Part shown: positions 47,379-57,139 of the stretch, in pieces
Position numbering within the stretch: the stretch's first letter is position 1
Layout of the letters: the number at the start of each line of letters is the position of its first letter
From: Lentisphaerales bacterium
GTDB taxonomy: Bacteria; Verrucomicrobiota; Kiritimatiellia; SPBP01
NCBI GenBank assembly: GCA_032123355.1
Contig: JAQBFM010000100.1
Span: 3,944-67,943, forward strand
Length of the DNA stretch: 64,000 nt
Reading direction: 5' to 3'
The notes under the pieces: model-generated
The model's database searches: none
Seen by the model: only the letters and a program-made list of their open reading frames with translations
What the model was told of the DNA's origin: nothing
Program-made: the position numbers and the translations under genes

Positions 47379-47470
47379 GCGAGCCACCTGCTATAATACT
47401 CGCGCAATAAGCGGGCCCACGGGAACGCCAAGGCTCAGCGGCGCCACTCCGTCCGCTGAGGCCATCTGCA

Positions 47471-48499
47471 TTACTCGACAACAACGATCCGATAAAAGCG
47501 GGCCGTTACAGAGCCGACAACACTGGTGTGGCAATTAGACGGTGGGGTGCCGGAGTTGGTGGGCGACGCGATCACCCACGCTGCGTCGTCAAGGTCATCA
47601 GTTGTCTCTATGGCGTATCTCTGTCCGATACTGCTCCGCCACGTGAACGATACTGCGCCAGCCTCGGACTGGAACGAGCGGATTGTCGGGATCGCATCAA
47701 GTTCATGCAGAATTTCAACGAAGGCACGGCAAATAGCGCGATGCCCTGCAGTCACCGGATGAATATCAAGGTCGAGCAGTGGCGTTCGGACGTAGTCAGG
47801 CACGAGGTGATCTGCATCGCCAATCTCAGCGCCATAGCAGTAGTGCATGAAGTCCTCATAGATGCTCAGGTAAAAACACTGATTTGAAGACGCAACGTTG
47901 TGGATAATTTCGTTGCCATCAACTGTCGCTGCCGACATCCGGAAGTAGTTTGAATAGGCGGGGGGCAGATTCGTGCTGAGATTGTCAAAAAGATCATAGT
48001 AGCCCAGGATGACGATATCCGGCACCGGCGTGTTGTCCCGCAGCAATTGCACAATCTGCGCAAGATTTGTTCTGTATTCCGTCCTCTCCGCCTCGGACAG
48101 GACCCCGTCTTCGCCATAGAAGAGGAAGTCGTTGCCTCCTATCATGACGGCAACCAGGTCGGGTTGATGCGACCGGACAGCTTCCATATATGGATAGCCG
48201 CCCGTGTCGACCCATTCTGAGGCCTTCGACCCCGACACGGCGCTGTTGTGGAGCACAATGCCCGGCCACAGGTTGGTGATGCCTGCTTCGGGCGGAACTG
48301 TGCTGGTGCCCTGCTGCCCGAAGAGCATATGCACCCAGCCATACGGCTGGAAGACGGGATAATAGTCGGGGTTAACTCCGGCTGAGACACTGTCGCCAAC
48401 AACGTCGAATACAAGATAGTCCCTCGCAAGAGCCGGCAGCGAGGCAATGGTCAGTGCCAGGACCAACCAGCAGCATAACTTGTGATGCACGTGCCTCAT
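47471..48499 (-). CDS. Secreted SGNH/GDSL-family hydrolase with an extra C-terminal domain
   Basis: Signal peptide LVLALTIASLPALA, GDSVSAG (block I), GGNDF (block III), DADH (block V). Confidence 0.7.
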   Translation of the reverse strand: MRHVHHKLCCWLVLALTIASLPALARDYLVFDVVGDSVSAGVNPDYYPVFQPYGWVHMLFGQQGTSTVPPEAGITNLWPGIVLHNSAVSGSKASEWVDTGGYPYMEAVRSHQPDLVAVMIGGNDFLFYGEDGVLSEAERTEYRTNLAQIVQLLRDNTPVPDIVILGYYDLFDNLSTNLPPAYSNYFRMSAATVDGNEIIHNVASSNQCFYLSIYEDFMHYCYGAEIGDADHLVPDYVRTPLLDLDIHPVTAGHRAICRAFVEILHELDAIPTIRSFQSEAGAVSFTWRSSIGQRYAIETTDDLDDAAWVIASPTNSGTPPSNCHTSVVGSVTARFYRIVVVE

Positions 48500-48579
48500 A
48501 TGCAGGTAGAACCCCGGCGCCACTGTGTATTTGGTGCCACCGGGGTCAAGAGGAAACCCTCGGACGTGTAGCCCATTAT

Positions 48580-50133
48580 TTATAGCAGCACCTTCCCGGT
48601 CAAACAAGTTGAACTGGCGACAACCAGAGGATCGACGGAATGCGGCTGCGCAAGCAGTTCGTTGATCGCTGCCGCTGCGGTCCGGCCCTGCCCCATCGCC
48701 AGAATGACCGTGGCGGCGCCGAGTACGATATCGCCGCCGGCATATACCCGATCCAGCGATGTGCTGCCGTTCTCGTCCGCAATAATGTTGCCCCACTTAT
48801 TGGTGTCCAGGTCGGGCGTGGTCTGCTTCAGCAGCGGGTTGCTCTCGTTCCCGATAGCGACAATGACGGCATCAACGTCGATGACAAATTCGCTTCCGGC
48901 TATCACCACGGGCCTGCGCCGTCCCGAATCGTCTGGCTCTCCGAGTTCATACTTAAGGCATTCCATGCCGATTACCTGATGGGCATCGTTGCCGAGTATC
49001 CGTTTTGCATTCTGAAGGAGATGAAAAATAACGCCTTCTTCCTTCGCATGCTGCACTTCCTCGACCCTCGCGGGCATTTCTGCCTCGGTCCGCCGGTACA
49101 CGAGGTGTACTTCGTCGGCGCCGAGTCGCACGGCGGTCCGGGCGGAGTCCATGGCAACATTGCCGCCACCAAGAACAGCCACCTTCCTGGCATTGATAAT
49201 GGGAGTATCTGCTTTCTCTCGATCATATGCCTTCATCAAGTTAGAGCGGGTGAGAAACTCATTGGCCGACAGAACTCCTGCAAAATCTTCGCCCGGTATA
49301 TTCAGGAACTTCGGCAAGCCGGCTCCACTTCCGATGAAAATCGCATCGAAGCCGTCTTTGTCTATCAAGTCCTTGAGCTTCCGCGTTCTCCCGACGACAA
49401 AGTTTGTGACAAGTTCCACGCCCATCGCCTTCAATGCGTTCGCTTCTGCTTCGACAATCTTCTTAGGGAGCCTGAATTCCGGAATGCCATAAACCATAAC
49501 GCCGCCAGGTTTGTGGAACGCCTCGAATACCGTGACGGCGTGACCCTCGCGGCGTATGTCGGCCGCCGCTGTAATGCCTGCCGGCCCACTGCCGACTACG
49601 GCCACTTTCTTGCCCGTCTCCGGTTTGATGAAAGGCAGGCTGGCGGCGCCGGATTCCCGCTCGAGATCGGCAACAAACCGTTCGATGCGCCCGATGCCGA
49701 CGGCCTTATCGACATCTTTCAATGTCTTGCCGACGGTACATTCGAGCTGGCACTGCGCCTCCTGAGGACAAACTCTTCCGCACACAGAGGGCAGGAGGCT
49801 GCTGGCCTTGATTATATCAATCGACTTCTTGAAATCCCCCTCAGCCGCTGCATGGACGAAGCCGGGTATGTCGATGCGTACGGGACAACCCTTCACGCAC
49901 GGTGCGTTGCGACATTGAATGCAACGCAATGCTTCAACCTGGGCCTGCTCGGCCGAGAAGCCCAGCGCCACCTCGTTCATGTTACTGCGCCGCTGGACAG
50001 CGTCCTGTGCCGGCATGTCCTGCGAGGGTATTGCAAGCCGGTCCTTCGGCTTAAGCGGATCCTTTCTGTTCAGCAGATCCGCAAGGATCTTGCCCGCTTC
50101 ATCGCGAAGTTGATCGCGCGTCTTGTGGCTCAT
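48580..50133 (-). CDS. GltD-family NAD(P)H-dependent oxidoreductase (glutamate synthase small-chain-like / NfnB/SudA-like) with N-terminal Fe-S binding region
   Basis: Cys clusters (CIQCRNAPCVKGCP, CGRVCPQEAQCQLEC) and two Rossmann GxGxxG motifs (VAVVGSGPAG, VAVLGGGNVAMD). Confidence 0.75.
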   Translation of the reverse strand: MSHKTRDQLRDEAGKILADLLNRKDPLKPKDRLAIPSQDMPAQDAVQRRSNMNEVALGFSAEQAQVEALRCIQCRNAPCVKGCPVRIDIPGFVHAAAEGDFKKSIDIIKASSLLPSVCGRVCPQEAQCQLECTVGKTLKDVDKAVGIGRIERFVADLERESGAASLPFIKPETGKKVAVVGSGPAGITAAADIRREGHAVTVFEAFHKPGGVMVYGIPEFRLPKKIVEAEANALKAMGVELVTNFVVGRTRKLKDLIDKDGFDAIFIGSGAGLPKFLNIPGEDFAGVLSANEFLTRSNLMKAYDREKADTPIINARKVAVLGGGNVAMDSARTAVRLGADEVHLVYRRTEAEMPARVEEVQHAKEEGVIFHLLQNAKRILGNDAHQVIGMECLKYELGEPDDSGRRRPVVIAGSEFVIDVDAVIVAIGNESNPLLKQTTPDLDTNKWGNIIADENGSTSLDRVYAGGDIVLGAATVILAMGQGRTAAAAINELLAQPHSVDPLVVASSTCLTGKVLL

Positions 50134-50140
50134 GTGGAAC

Positions 50141-50998
50141 TCACTGCCCAGCTTCTTTTCGCTGCGCTGCCATGTCAAGATGGCATTGTTCGTGTGCATC
50201 TTCTTCCTGTTTTCTATAGGCACCAAGCCGTTTCATGAAGCCATCGAAATCCACGAGGTGTCCGTCAAATTCTGGACCGTCCACACAGGTGAACATGGCC
50301 TTCCCTCCGACAGTCACTCTGCAGCCACCGCACATGCCGGTTCCATCCATCATTATCGCGTTAAGCGAGACGACGGTGTGAATCCCGTATGGCCGTGTTG
50401 TCTCGGCGCAGAACTTCATCATGATCGGCGGTCCTATGGCGACGACGAGATTGGGGGCGGTGGCTCGTTCGCACAGTTCCTTCAGTGGCTCTGTCACAAG
50501 GGCCTTCCGGCCGTAGCTGCCGTCGTCGGTGCAGACTATCAATTCATCCGAAACCGCCTTCATCCGGTCTTCCAGAATGACAAGGTCACGTTGTCGTGCC
50601 CCGAGTATCGTAACCAGGTAATTCCCGGCCCGTTTCATGCCCTGCGCTATGGGATGAAGCGGCGCCACTCCTATGCCGCCGCCTACACAGACTACGGTGC
50701 CGAACTTGGCGATATCCGTCGGTTTCCCGAGCGGCCCCACAAGGTTCTCTATGATTTCGCCTTCCTCCAAGTCAGCCAGCTTATGCGTGGTCTTGCCGAC
50801 TACCTGGAAGATGAGCGTAATCGAACCTTCGACCGAATCAGCGTCTGCTATGGTCAGAGGAATGCGTTCTCCGAAATCGGAATCAAGCTGAAGAATAACA
50901 AATTGGCCGGGCCTACGCTCCTGAGCAATAAGCGGGGCTTCGACACGAATCATGTAAACTTCTTCTGATAACTTCGCCTTGTTTATGATTCGGTTCAC
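50141..50998 (-). CDS. PyrK-like FAD/NAD(P)-binding 2Fe-2S oxidoreductase subunit (NfnA/SudB-like)
   Basis: Ferredoxin-NADP reductase-like fold (RPGQFVILQ, GGGIGVAPL) and C-terminal CGGCRV cysteine cluster. Lies immediately upstream of the GltD-like gene, as in nfnAB/sudBA. Confidence 0.7.
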   Translation of the reverse strand: MNRIINKAKLSEEVYMIRVEAPLIAQERRPGQFVILQLDSDFGERIPLTIADADSVEGSITLIFQVVGKTTHKLADLEEGEIIENLVGPLGKPTDIAKFGTVVCVGGGIGVAPLHPIAQGMKRAGNYLVTILGARQRDLVILEDRMKAVSDELIVCTDDGSYGRKALVTEPLKELCERATAPNLVVAIGPPIMMKFCAETTRPYGIHTVVSLNAIMMDGTGMCGGCRVTVGGKAMFTCVDGPEFDGHLVDFDGFMKRLGAYRKQEEDAHEQCHLDMAAQRKEAGQ

Positions 50999-51009
50999 GG
51001 CTCTTCCTG

Positions 51010-52113
51010 TCAGCTCTGTTCCTTCAAGAGCCGAACGGCGAGCTGGCGCTTCTCGTCATTGGCGAGATACAGGGTCTGAGTTGGAAACGCGAACTCGATT
51101 CCTTCCTCATTGAAGCGAGTCAAAATCTCATGGTTGACCTTTTCTGTAAATTCCATGTAGGTCCAGTAATCCGGGGGATGATACCAGTAAAGCATCATGA
51201 TGTTCAGCGAGCAGTCATTGAAATCGCTGAAGAATACGCGCGGCGGGAAGTCGGGGTTCATGCCCTCGTGGTCAGCAAGAATATCTTTTATGATTTCCAC
51301 TGCTCGCCTCACTTTTTCGGGCGGCGTATCGTAGGTTATTGTAATGTTCGCGAATCGCTTTATATATGGACGCTTACCAATGTTCTGCACTGTCTTGTTG
51401 ACCATTTCGGCGTTCGGCACAGTTACCAGGTGGCCCTCAAGCGTGCGTATACGGGTGGACCTGAATCCCACGCTTTCGACCGGGCCATCATGCCCGTCAA
51501 GGACGATCCTGTCCCCGATCTCGAACGGCTTGTCCCCGAGAATGACGAGGGACCCGAAGAAGTTCCTGATCGTATCCTGCCCGGCCAGCGCGATGGCCAA
51601 TCCGCCAACGCCCAGACCGGCAATCACTGAAGTCAGCGGCTTATCGCTGAGCGACTGGACTACCTGGGCAAGGATGAGGACGACTACCGTTATGCGAATG
51701 CTCTTCCCAACCAGCGGAACGAGCATGTCGTCAACCTTGCTTTCCGTCCGTTTCGCAAACTCCGCGAGGTAGTAGTCGAGAACATCAACCAGGCGATAAA
51801 TAGCGTAACCAACCGCAACAACGCACAGAACTCGCACTGCGGTTCCGGCCATGTCTTGTGTGTTCTCTGATAGCTGAAGGAACGGCAACGCGAGCCACAC
51901 ACCGATCGCAAAGGCAAGCAGTACAACAGGCCTTGAAAGTGATGTGAGCAACTTCGACAGGGACGCCTTGTTCGCAACGATAGAATGCCTGGCAGCACGT
52001 TCCATGAAATGACGGGCCAGGCGACCGACGATAAGCGACAAAAGCACCACGCCAAAGAAGACGATTATGCGCCATGCCTCCTGGCCGGCCATCTCGTAAT
52101 GCAACAGGTCCAT
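51010..52113 (-). CDS. Mechanosensitive ion channel, MscS family
   Basis: TM helices followed by the conserved MscS beta-domain (GDRIVLDG..., VGFRSTRIRTLEGHLVTVPN). Confidence 0.8.
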   Translation of the reverse strand: MDLLHYEMAGQEAWRIIVFFGVVLLSLIVGRLARHFMERAARHSIVANKASLSKLLTSLSRPVVLLAFAIGVWLALPFLQLSENTQDMAGTAVRVLCVVAVGYAIYRLVDVLDYYLAEFAKRTESKVDDMLVPLVGKSIRITVVVLILAQVVQSLSDKPLTSVIAGLGVGGLAIALAGQDTIRNFFGSLVILGDKPFEIGDRIVLDGHDGPVESVGFRSTRIRTLEGHLVTVPNAEMVNKTVQNIGKRPYIKRFANITITYDTPPEKVRRAVEIIKDILADHEGMNPDFPPRVFFSDFNDCSLNIMMLYWYHPPDYWTYMEFTEKVNHEILTRFNEEGIEFAFPTQTLYLANDEKRQLAVRLLKEQS

Positions 52114-52127
52114 GATAAATCCCGGCA

Positions 52128-53114
52128 CTATTCGCCTCCCCTCGCTTGATTGCCGTCGGCATCGACCCATTGCGGAACGACGACGGGCACATCGCATTGC
52201 TTTACCCAATACTGTCTTCCGCCTACGGCAATCCGTCTGCCTACATACCTGGCAAACTGAAGCCTGTTGCCTGCAATGAAGCAAATGGTTTGAGCTCCCC
52301 TGCCCGGGGTAAGAAGCCGGAATCGTGACGGGCTCTGAGAAAACAAAGCACTTCCGCGCAGGATTCCATCGTATTTCACAACAGCTCCCTGGCCATCGTG
52401 GAGCACCAGGCCCATCGCTGCTATGGCTGCGGGCGCCTTAACTTCTTCAGCTTCTGCATCCGTCAAACCAACAACCTCTCGATGGCTGGCCTTCACAGGT
52501 GCCGGCGGCGAGCCAACGGTGGCACTGTCCGCTCCGTCGGGCCCATGAGTGGCCAACTTTATGCGCTTTTTCGCAGCTGGTGACTGCCGAGGCGGCGCCC
52601 CAGGCACACGGGATACGTCTGTCTCCCTCTTTTCCTGTTCCCTGTCGTCATTCTCGGCTTCCGAGAGCTTCTCGTCCGGAGCGCTCTCCACAACAGTCTT
52701 GTGGACCCAGAGAACTCTTCCTTTCGGCGGCCGGATCTTGACCCAATCCTGTTCGACAGACTCGACTTCCACCTTTTCCCCCTTCAGAAGTTGATCGACA
52801 ACAGGATAATCTATGCTTGGCCCGGACCGGGCCCTTACTCTGGCTCCCACAACAACACCGTCGCCAAGATGTTCGCGCGGCACCCATACGAAAACATCAC
52901 GGGTGGGAAGTATCTGCAACCAATTGCCTTCGGACCCCGAATTCCTGAGAATCTGGCCCTTGTGCGCGTATCCCACGGCTGAAGCCTTGAACGACGGCTC
53001 TAGCCGGAGAATGACTTTGTCCACTTTCGCTCTGACCGGGACGATTCTCGCAGCAGACACCACCTGTGCCCCCGCAAGCACCACAGCCATCGCTAGAAGC
53101 ATCCGTTTCATCAT
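52128..53114 (-). CDS. Secreted protein with two bacterial SH3 (SH3b) domains and a Glu/Lys/Pro-rich linker
   Basis: Signal peptide MMKRMLLAMAVVLAGAQVVSA; SH3b-like blocks (ARVRARSGPSIDYPVVDQLLKGEKVEVE..DWVKI and a second similar block). Confidence 0.6.
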   Translation of the reverse strand: MMKRMLLAMAVVLAGAQVVSAARIVPVRAKVDKVILRLEPSFKASAVGYAHKGQILRNSGSEGNWLQILPTRDVFVWVPREHLGDGVVVGARVRARSGPSIDYPVVDQLLKGEKVEVESVEQDWVKIRPPKGRVLWVHKTVVESAPDEKLSEAENDDREQEKRETDVSRVPGAPPRQSPAAKKRIKLATHGPDGADSATVGSPPAPVKASHREVVGLTDAEAEEVKAPAAIAAMGLVLHDGQGAVVKYDGILRGSALFSQSPSRFRLLTPGRGAQTICFIAGNRLQFARYVGRRIAVGGRQYWVKQCDVPVVVPQWVDADGNQARGGE

Positions 53115-53656
53115 TCTTCCCCGCTCTGAACGTCGATCCCGGAGTGTTTGTTCCGTCGGGCAAAACCGTTGCCGCTTTTCTCAAGTCTGCCGAAGCAGAA
53201 TCGTTCAGGAGTCAAAGAAGCGGATTGGCTGGCCATCGATTCGTTGCAAGCGACAAGGACGGTCTCGCACGCTTCATTCACGGCCGAAACCGCAATGAAA
53301 CACATACGTTCTGTCCTTACAGGGCCTGCTTTGTCTTGGGCAGACCGAGCGCCCTGTCGCCGGGCTTCCATTTGCCGCGCGCGCGGAGGACGTCTATTCG
53401 CTCGAACCGCTTCAAAACGTTGCGCTTCGTCACGATCTTGTTCGCCGACTTCAAACTGCTGTGCTGCGTCATTTCCCTGCTCCCAGTTCGTCAACCGACC
53501 GAGTTTCGGCCGAAACAAGTCCACACCTGCATTATGCACGAAAGCCGAAATTTGACTGATTACCCCCAAGAAGTCAATGGATATGTGCCGGGAGTGCATC
53601 CGAGCGGCAATCGCTATTGGGTTGCACAGCACTGGTCTGCGGTGTATGGTCCCGTC

Positions 53657-54436
53657 ATGACTGGCATTGACCTCGATAGACGCCTTGTTTTCTTCGACAT
53701 CGAAGCTACAGGGCTTAGCTCTCGATCTGATCGAATCGTTGAAATCTGCCTGCTGGAAGCGCAGGTCGACGGTTCTCGAAAGATCCATAATTTCCGAGTC
53801 AATCCGGAAATGCCGATTCCCGCGGAAGCAACGAAGATTCATGGTATTTCCGACGCGGATGTTGCCGCCTGCCCTTCATTTGAGGATATCGCGCAGACTC
53901 TATTTGACCTGCTTCATGATTGCGATCTGGCAGGATATGGTATCCTGAACTTTGACATACCACTTCTGGTCGAAGAGTTCCTGAGGGCCAGGCTTCGATT
54001 CAGTATAGATGACAGGAGAATTATCGATGTACAGCGCATATTTCACAAGAAAGAACCACGCGACCTGACAGCGGCGCTGAAATTCTACTGCAATGAAGCG
54101 CTGGAAGGGGCACACGGAGCCGAGGCCGACGCTGTCGCAACCGAACAGGTGCTTGAAGGACAGCTGAAGATGTACAACGACCTTCCCCATACGGTTGCGG
54201 AGCTTGACCAGTTCTGCAACCCGCGTGAGCCTGACTGGGTCGACAGGATGGGTCGACTTAAGTGGGACGAGGACGAGATACGGATCAATTTCGGAAAGAA
54301 GAAAGGGGAATCGCTGCGGGAACTCGTCAAAAAGGATCCCAGCTATCTGAAATGGATCATCAGGAGCGACTTCCCACGCGACATGCAGGACGTCGTGCGA
54401 GACGCGATAGATGGAATCATGCCCGCTCGTCCCTGA
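53657..54436 (+). CDS. DEDDh 3'-5' exonuclease (DnaQ/DNA pol III epsilon-like) with ~90-aa C-terminal extension
   Basis: Exo I FFDIEATGL, Exo II AGYGILNFDIPLL, Exo III HGAEADAVAT. The long ORF from 53066 has no homology-like N-terminus; the start was chosen at MTGIDL. Confidence 0.8.
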   Translation: MTGIDLDRRLVFFDIEATGLSSRSDRIVEICLLEAQVDGSRKIHNFRVNPEMPIPAEATKIHGISDADVAACPSFEDIAQTLFDLLHDCDLAGYGILNFDIPLLVEEFLRARLRFSIDDRRIIDVQRIFHKKEPRDLTAALKFYCNEALEGAHGAEADAVATEQVLEGQLKMYNDLPHTVAELDQFCNPREPDWVDRMGRLKWDEDEIRINFGKKKGESLRELVKKDPSYLKWIIRSDFPRDMQDVVRDAIDGIMPARP

Positions 54437-54537
54437 GGAGCGGACGCCTGTTTCCTGCCGGCATTCTCGCCGGCCTTGATCAAAGCCGGTTCCTCTTGCG
54501 TCCTGATTATACAGTGTTGAACTTGAGCAAGTAGCGC

Positions 54538-55059
54538 TTGCTGCCAAACAAGGAAGGAGATACTGCCGTGAAACGCGCTTTGTTTCCCCTGTCGGTTTTC
54601 ATTCTGGTTCTTGCCTCGGGTACGGCATTGGCCGATCCGCATCGGTTTGGAGGCGGTATCCGATATAACAGATCGGTTACGTCGCTCGGAGATGACTTCG
54701 ATAAGAGCGGCGTATCCCTGCTTCTTTCCTATCAATATGCCGCACCGATACTCGTAAGGTTCGAGGGCGACCTCGAGATAATCCCCTCATCAGTGACCGG
54801 AAATGGCACTGCTGTCGTTCCATGGGCCTACGCTCTCGTTGGTGGACTATTCTACGGTGGGATTGGTGCTGGAATCGCCTATGCCGACGGCGAATTCGCG
54901 AATGACCCGATTTTCGCACTGAGGATCGGACTCGACGTCGGGCTGGGCCCTGTTCACGCAGACGTAAACGCCAATTACCAATTCGTGGACTTTGATCAGC
55001 TTGGCGATCTTGACGCCAACTATGTTACGCTTGGCCTCATGGCAAGATACGAATTCTGA
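54538..55059 (+). CDS. Small outer-membrane beta-barrel protein (OmpA-like/porin-family barrel)
   Basis: Signal peptide LFPLSVFILVLASGTALA (a GTG at 54568 is an alternative start), alternating amphipathic beta-strand pattern, and a C-terminal aromatic residue (ARYEF). Confidence 0.5.
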   Translation: MLPNKEGDTAVKRALFPLSVFILVLASGTALADPHRFGGGIRYNRSVTSLGDDFDKSGVSLLLSYQYAAPILVRFEGDLEIIPSSVTGNGTAVVPWAYALVGGLFYGGIGAGIAYADGEFANDPIFALRIGLDVGLGPVHADVNANYQFVDFDQLGDLDANYVTLGLMARYEF

Positions 55060-55214
55060 GCCGTCCGGTCATGCCAGGAAGAACGAAGTGTCGTATGGCC
55101 CGTGTCCTGGCATAACGAGCCCTCCAACAGGAGTGTTCGTGGGAAGAAGAAACGTCCGGCAATGTTCGCGGATTGAAGAACCGGAAATTGCATTCATCAG
55201 CTGATGGACCCGGA

Positions 55215-56186
55215 TCATTCGTGCCGCGTCGCATTCCCAGTCATGAGCGAGTTGATCATCCGTACTACGATTCTGCCGACGAGCTGCATGCTCTCCCCGC
55301 TGATCTTGTCGAGCGTATCATGCTCAGTATGCCAGTAGTCGTTGAGTCCGGGGGTGGATCCATACTGGAAATCGATTATGTCGACAGCGGGCATCCCCGC
55401 AGCAAGAAAAGGAACATGGTCATCAAGCACGGCGCTGTTGCTGAGCCGGAAAGCGGATCTGGCCCCCTCCTCCCGGGCAGCAGAGAAGACGATGGAACAC
55501 AACGATGGTGTGCTATTGCGCGGCAATTCCACGTTCAGCCTCTTGTCACCGATCATGTCGACCACTATGACGCCCAGCACAGCGGCCGCACGTCCGTCTT
55601 CCTTCAACCGTCTTGCCAGGCGCCGGCTTCCGTGCAATCCGTCATTCTCGGAGTATTCACGCACACATTCTTCGCCGTCAAAGAAGGCGAGCATGATACT
55701 GCATTCTGGTTTCGGTCCAACACTCAGCACGCGCGCCAACTCAAGGAGTAACCCCGTGCTGGAACCTGAATCGTTGGCGCCATTGAAAGACTCGCTGATC
55801 CCTGCCTTCGTGTCGTAATGTGAGCCGAGCACAATCAGGCCAGCCGTCTTTCCCTTAATGATTCCAACCACATTCCGGTAAATACCCCGCCTGTCCCCCG
55901 GGCCATCTTCGAACTCATCAATTTCTGTTTCGATCTTCATGGATCGAAGCGCGGATGCAATGTGGTTCGCAGCCTTTTCAGCGCCGGCAGTTCCTGAAGA
56001 CCGTGGCCCAATTGCCAGTAGTTCCCGGACACGTTCAAATGCTCGGGCGCCATCCACGGAGGCCGGATCCAAGGCAACGGGGGCAGGTATAGTCTCGGCG
56101 CTGTTCGGCCGTCCGCCGCACCCGATAATCACACAAGCGAAGCAGGGAATAATCAAAACCACATACGACAACAGGGACCTTCTCAT
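55215..56186 (-). CDS. M28-family zinc aminopeptidase, probable lipoprotein
   Basis: Lipobox-like CVIIGCGG, then M28 metal-binding blocks (HYDTK, NDSGSSTG, FFDGEE, H near the C-terminus). Confidence 0.7.
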   Translation of the reverse strand: MRRSLLSYVVLIIPCFACVIIGCGGRPNSAETIPAPVALDPASVDGARAFERVRELLAIGPRSSGTAGAEKAANHIASALRSMKIETEIDEFEDGPGDRRGIYRNVVGIIKGKTAGLIVLGSHYDTKAGISESFNGANDSGSSTGLLLELARVLSVGPKPECSIMLAFFDGEECVREYSENDGLHGSRRLARRLKEDGRAAAVLGVIVVDMIGDKRLNVELPRNSTPSLCSIVFSAAREEGARSAFRLSNSAVLDDHVPFLAAGMPAVDIIDFQYGSTPGLNDYWHTEHDTLDKISGESMQLVGRIVVRMINSLMTGNATRHE

Positions 56187-57094
56187 CTTCCGGGATCGTC
56201 CTGTCCGTCCGACAAACCCAGCAAGTCAAGAATCCTGTTAAGGTCGTCTACAGAGTAGAAGTCTATTTCCATCCTGCCCCTGACCTTCTTGCCATTTGCC
56301 AGAGTGCGGCATGGCACGACTTTCACTCCGGTACCAAACCGGCTCCGCAGCATATCCGTCACATGATTGAGCTGCTGCAACGGAATATCATCTCGCCTCG
56401 GCCGTGGCTTTCTGGGTGACCTCTTGAATTTCTCGACGAGCTTCTCTAGGTTCCTCACAGAAAGATCTTCTTTGACAGTCTGAAGAGCCAGAAGCACCTG
56501 CTCTTCGGGAATCTCGATGCCTAGCAACACTTTTGCATGTCCCTCGGAAAGCCGACCTTCCCCTATAAGTGTCGTAATTTCGTCGGGCAACCCGAGTATC
56601 CTCATCCTGTTGGCCACCGAGGCCCGCGGTTTTCCCACCCTGTCGGCGATCTGCTCCTGGGTCATTCCAAATCTGTCGGCAAGCGTTTTGTATCCCCGTG
56701 CTTCTTCGAGTACATTCAGGTCTTCGCGCTGCAGGTTCTCGACCAGGGCGAGTTCCAGCGTCTCCTGGTCCGAGACATCAAGAACAATCACTGGGATCTC
56801 TGTAAGCCCCGCGGTTCGTGCGGCTCTGTATCGCCGTTCCCCGGCAACAAGCTCGTACCCCGTGCCCTTTGCGCGCACAAGTAGCGGCTGGACAACCCCC
56901 CGCTCCTTAACAGAACGGACAAGATCCTCCATTGCCTCGTCCGCAAAAGTCTGCCTGGGCTGAAGTGCGCTTCTGGATACACTGTCTATGCTGACCGCCA
57001 TGCCCATCAACCCGCCGGCTGCCGGGCTCTCGTCACTGGGCTCATCCTTGATCAAAGCGCTCAAGCCGCGCCCCAAGCCACCTCTAGCCATCAT
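56183..57094 (-). CDS. parB: Chromosome partitioning protein ParB/Spo0J
   Basis: ParB N-domain (GVVQPLLVR...YELVAGERRYRAA), HTH (GMTQEQIADRVGKPRASVANRMRILGLP) and C-terminal dimerisation region. Confidence 0.85.
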   Translation of the reverse strand: MMARGGLGRGLSALIKDEPSDESPAAGGLMGMAVSIDSVSRSALQPRQTFADEAMEDLVRSVKERGVVQPLLVRAKGTGYELVAGERRYRAARTAGLTEIPVIVLDVSDQETLELALVENLQREDLNVLEEARGYKTLADRFGMTQEQIADRVGKPRASVANRMRILGLPDEITTLIGEGRLSEGHAKVLLGIEIPEEQVLLALQTVKEDLSVRNLEKLVEKFKRSPRKPRPRRDDIPLQQLNHVTDMLRSRFGTGVKVVPCRTLANGKKVRGRMEIDFYSVDDLNRILDLLGLSDGQDDPGR

Positions 57095-57139
57095 TATGCA
57101 GTACCTCCCGGTATCGGACCGACGGTGGCCCGGCCTTCT

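Noticed and set aside
53111-53842. 243-aa minus-strand ORF spanning the exonuclease start region
   Set aside because: Its upstream two-thirds is antisense to the well-supported DEDDh exonuclease gene. The composition is Arg-rich and there is no RBS; only the gap portion 53115-53656 is retained, as an unexplained region.
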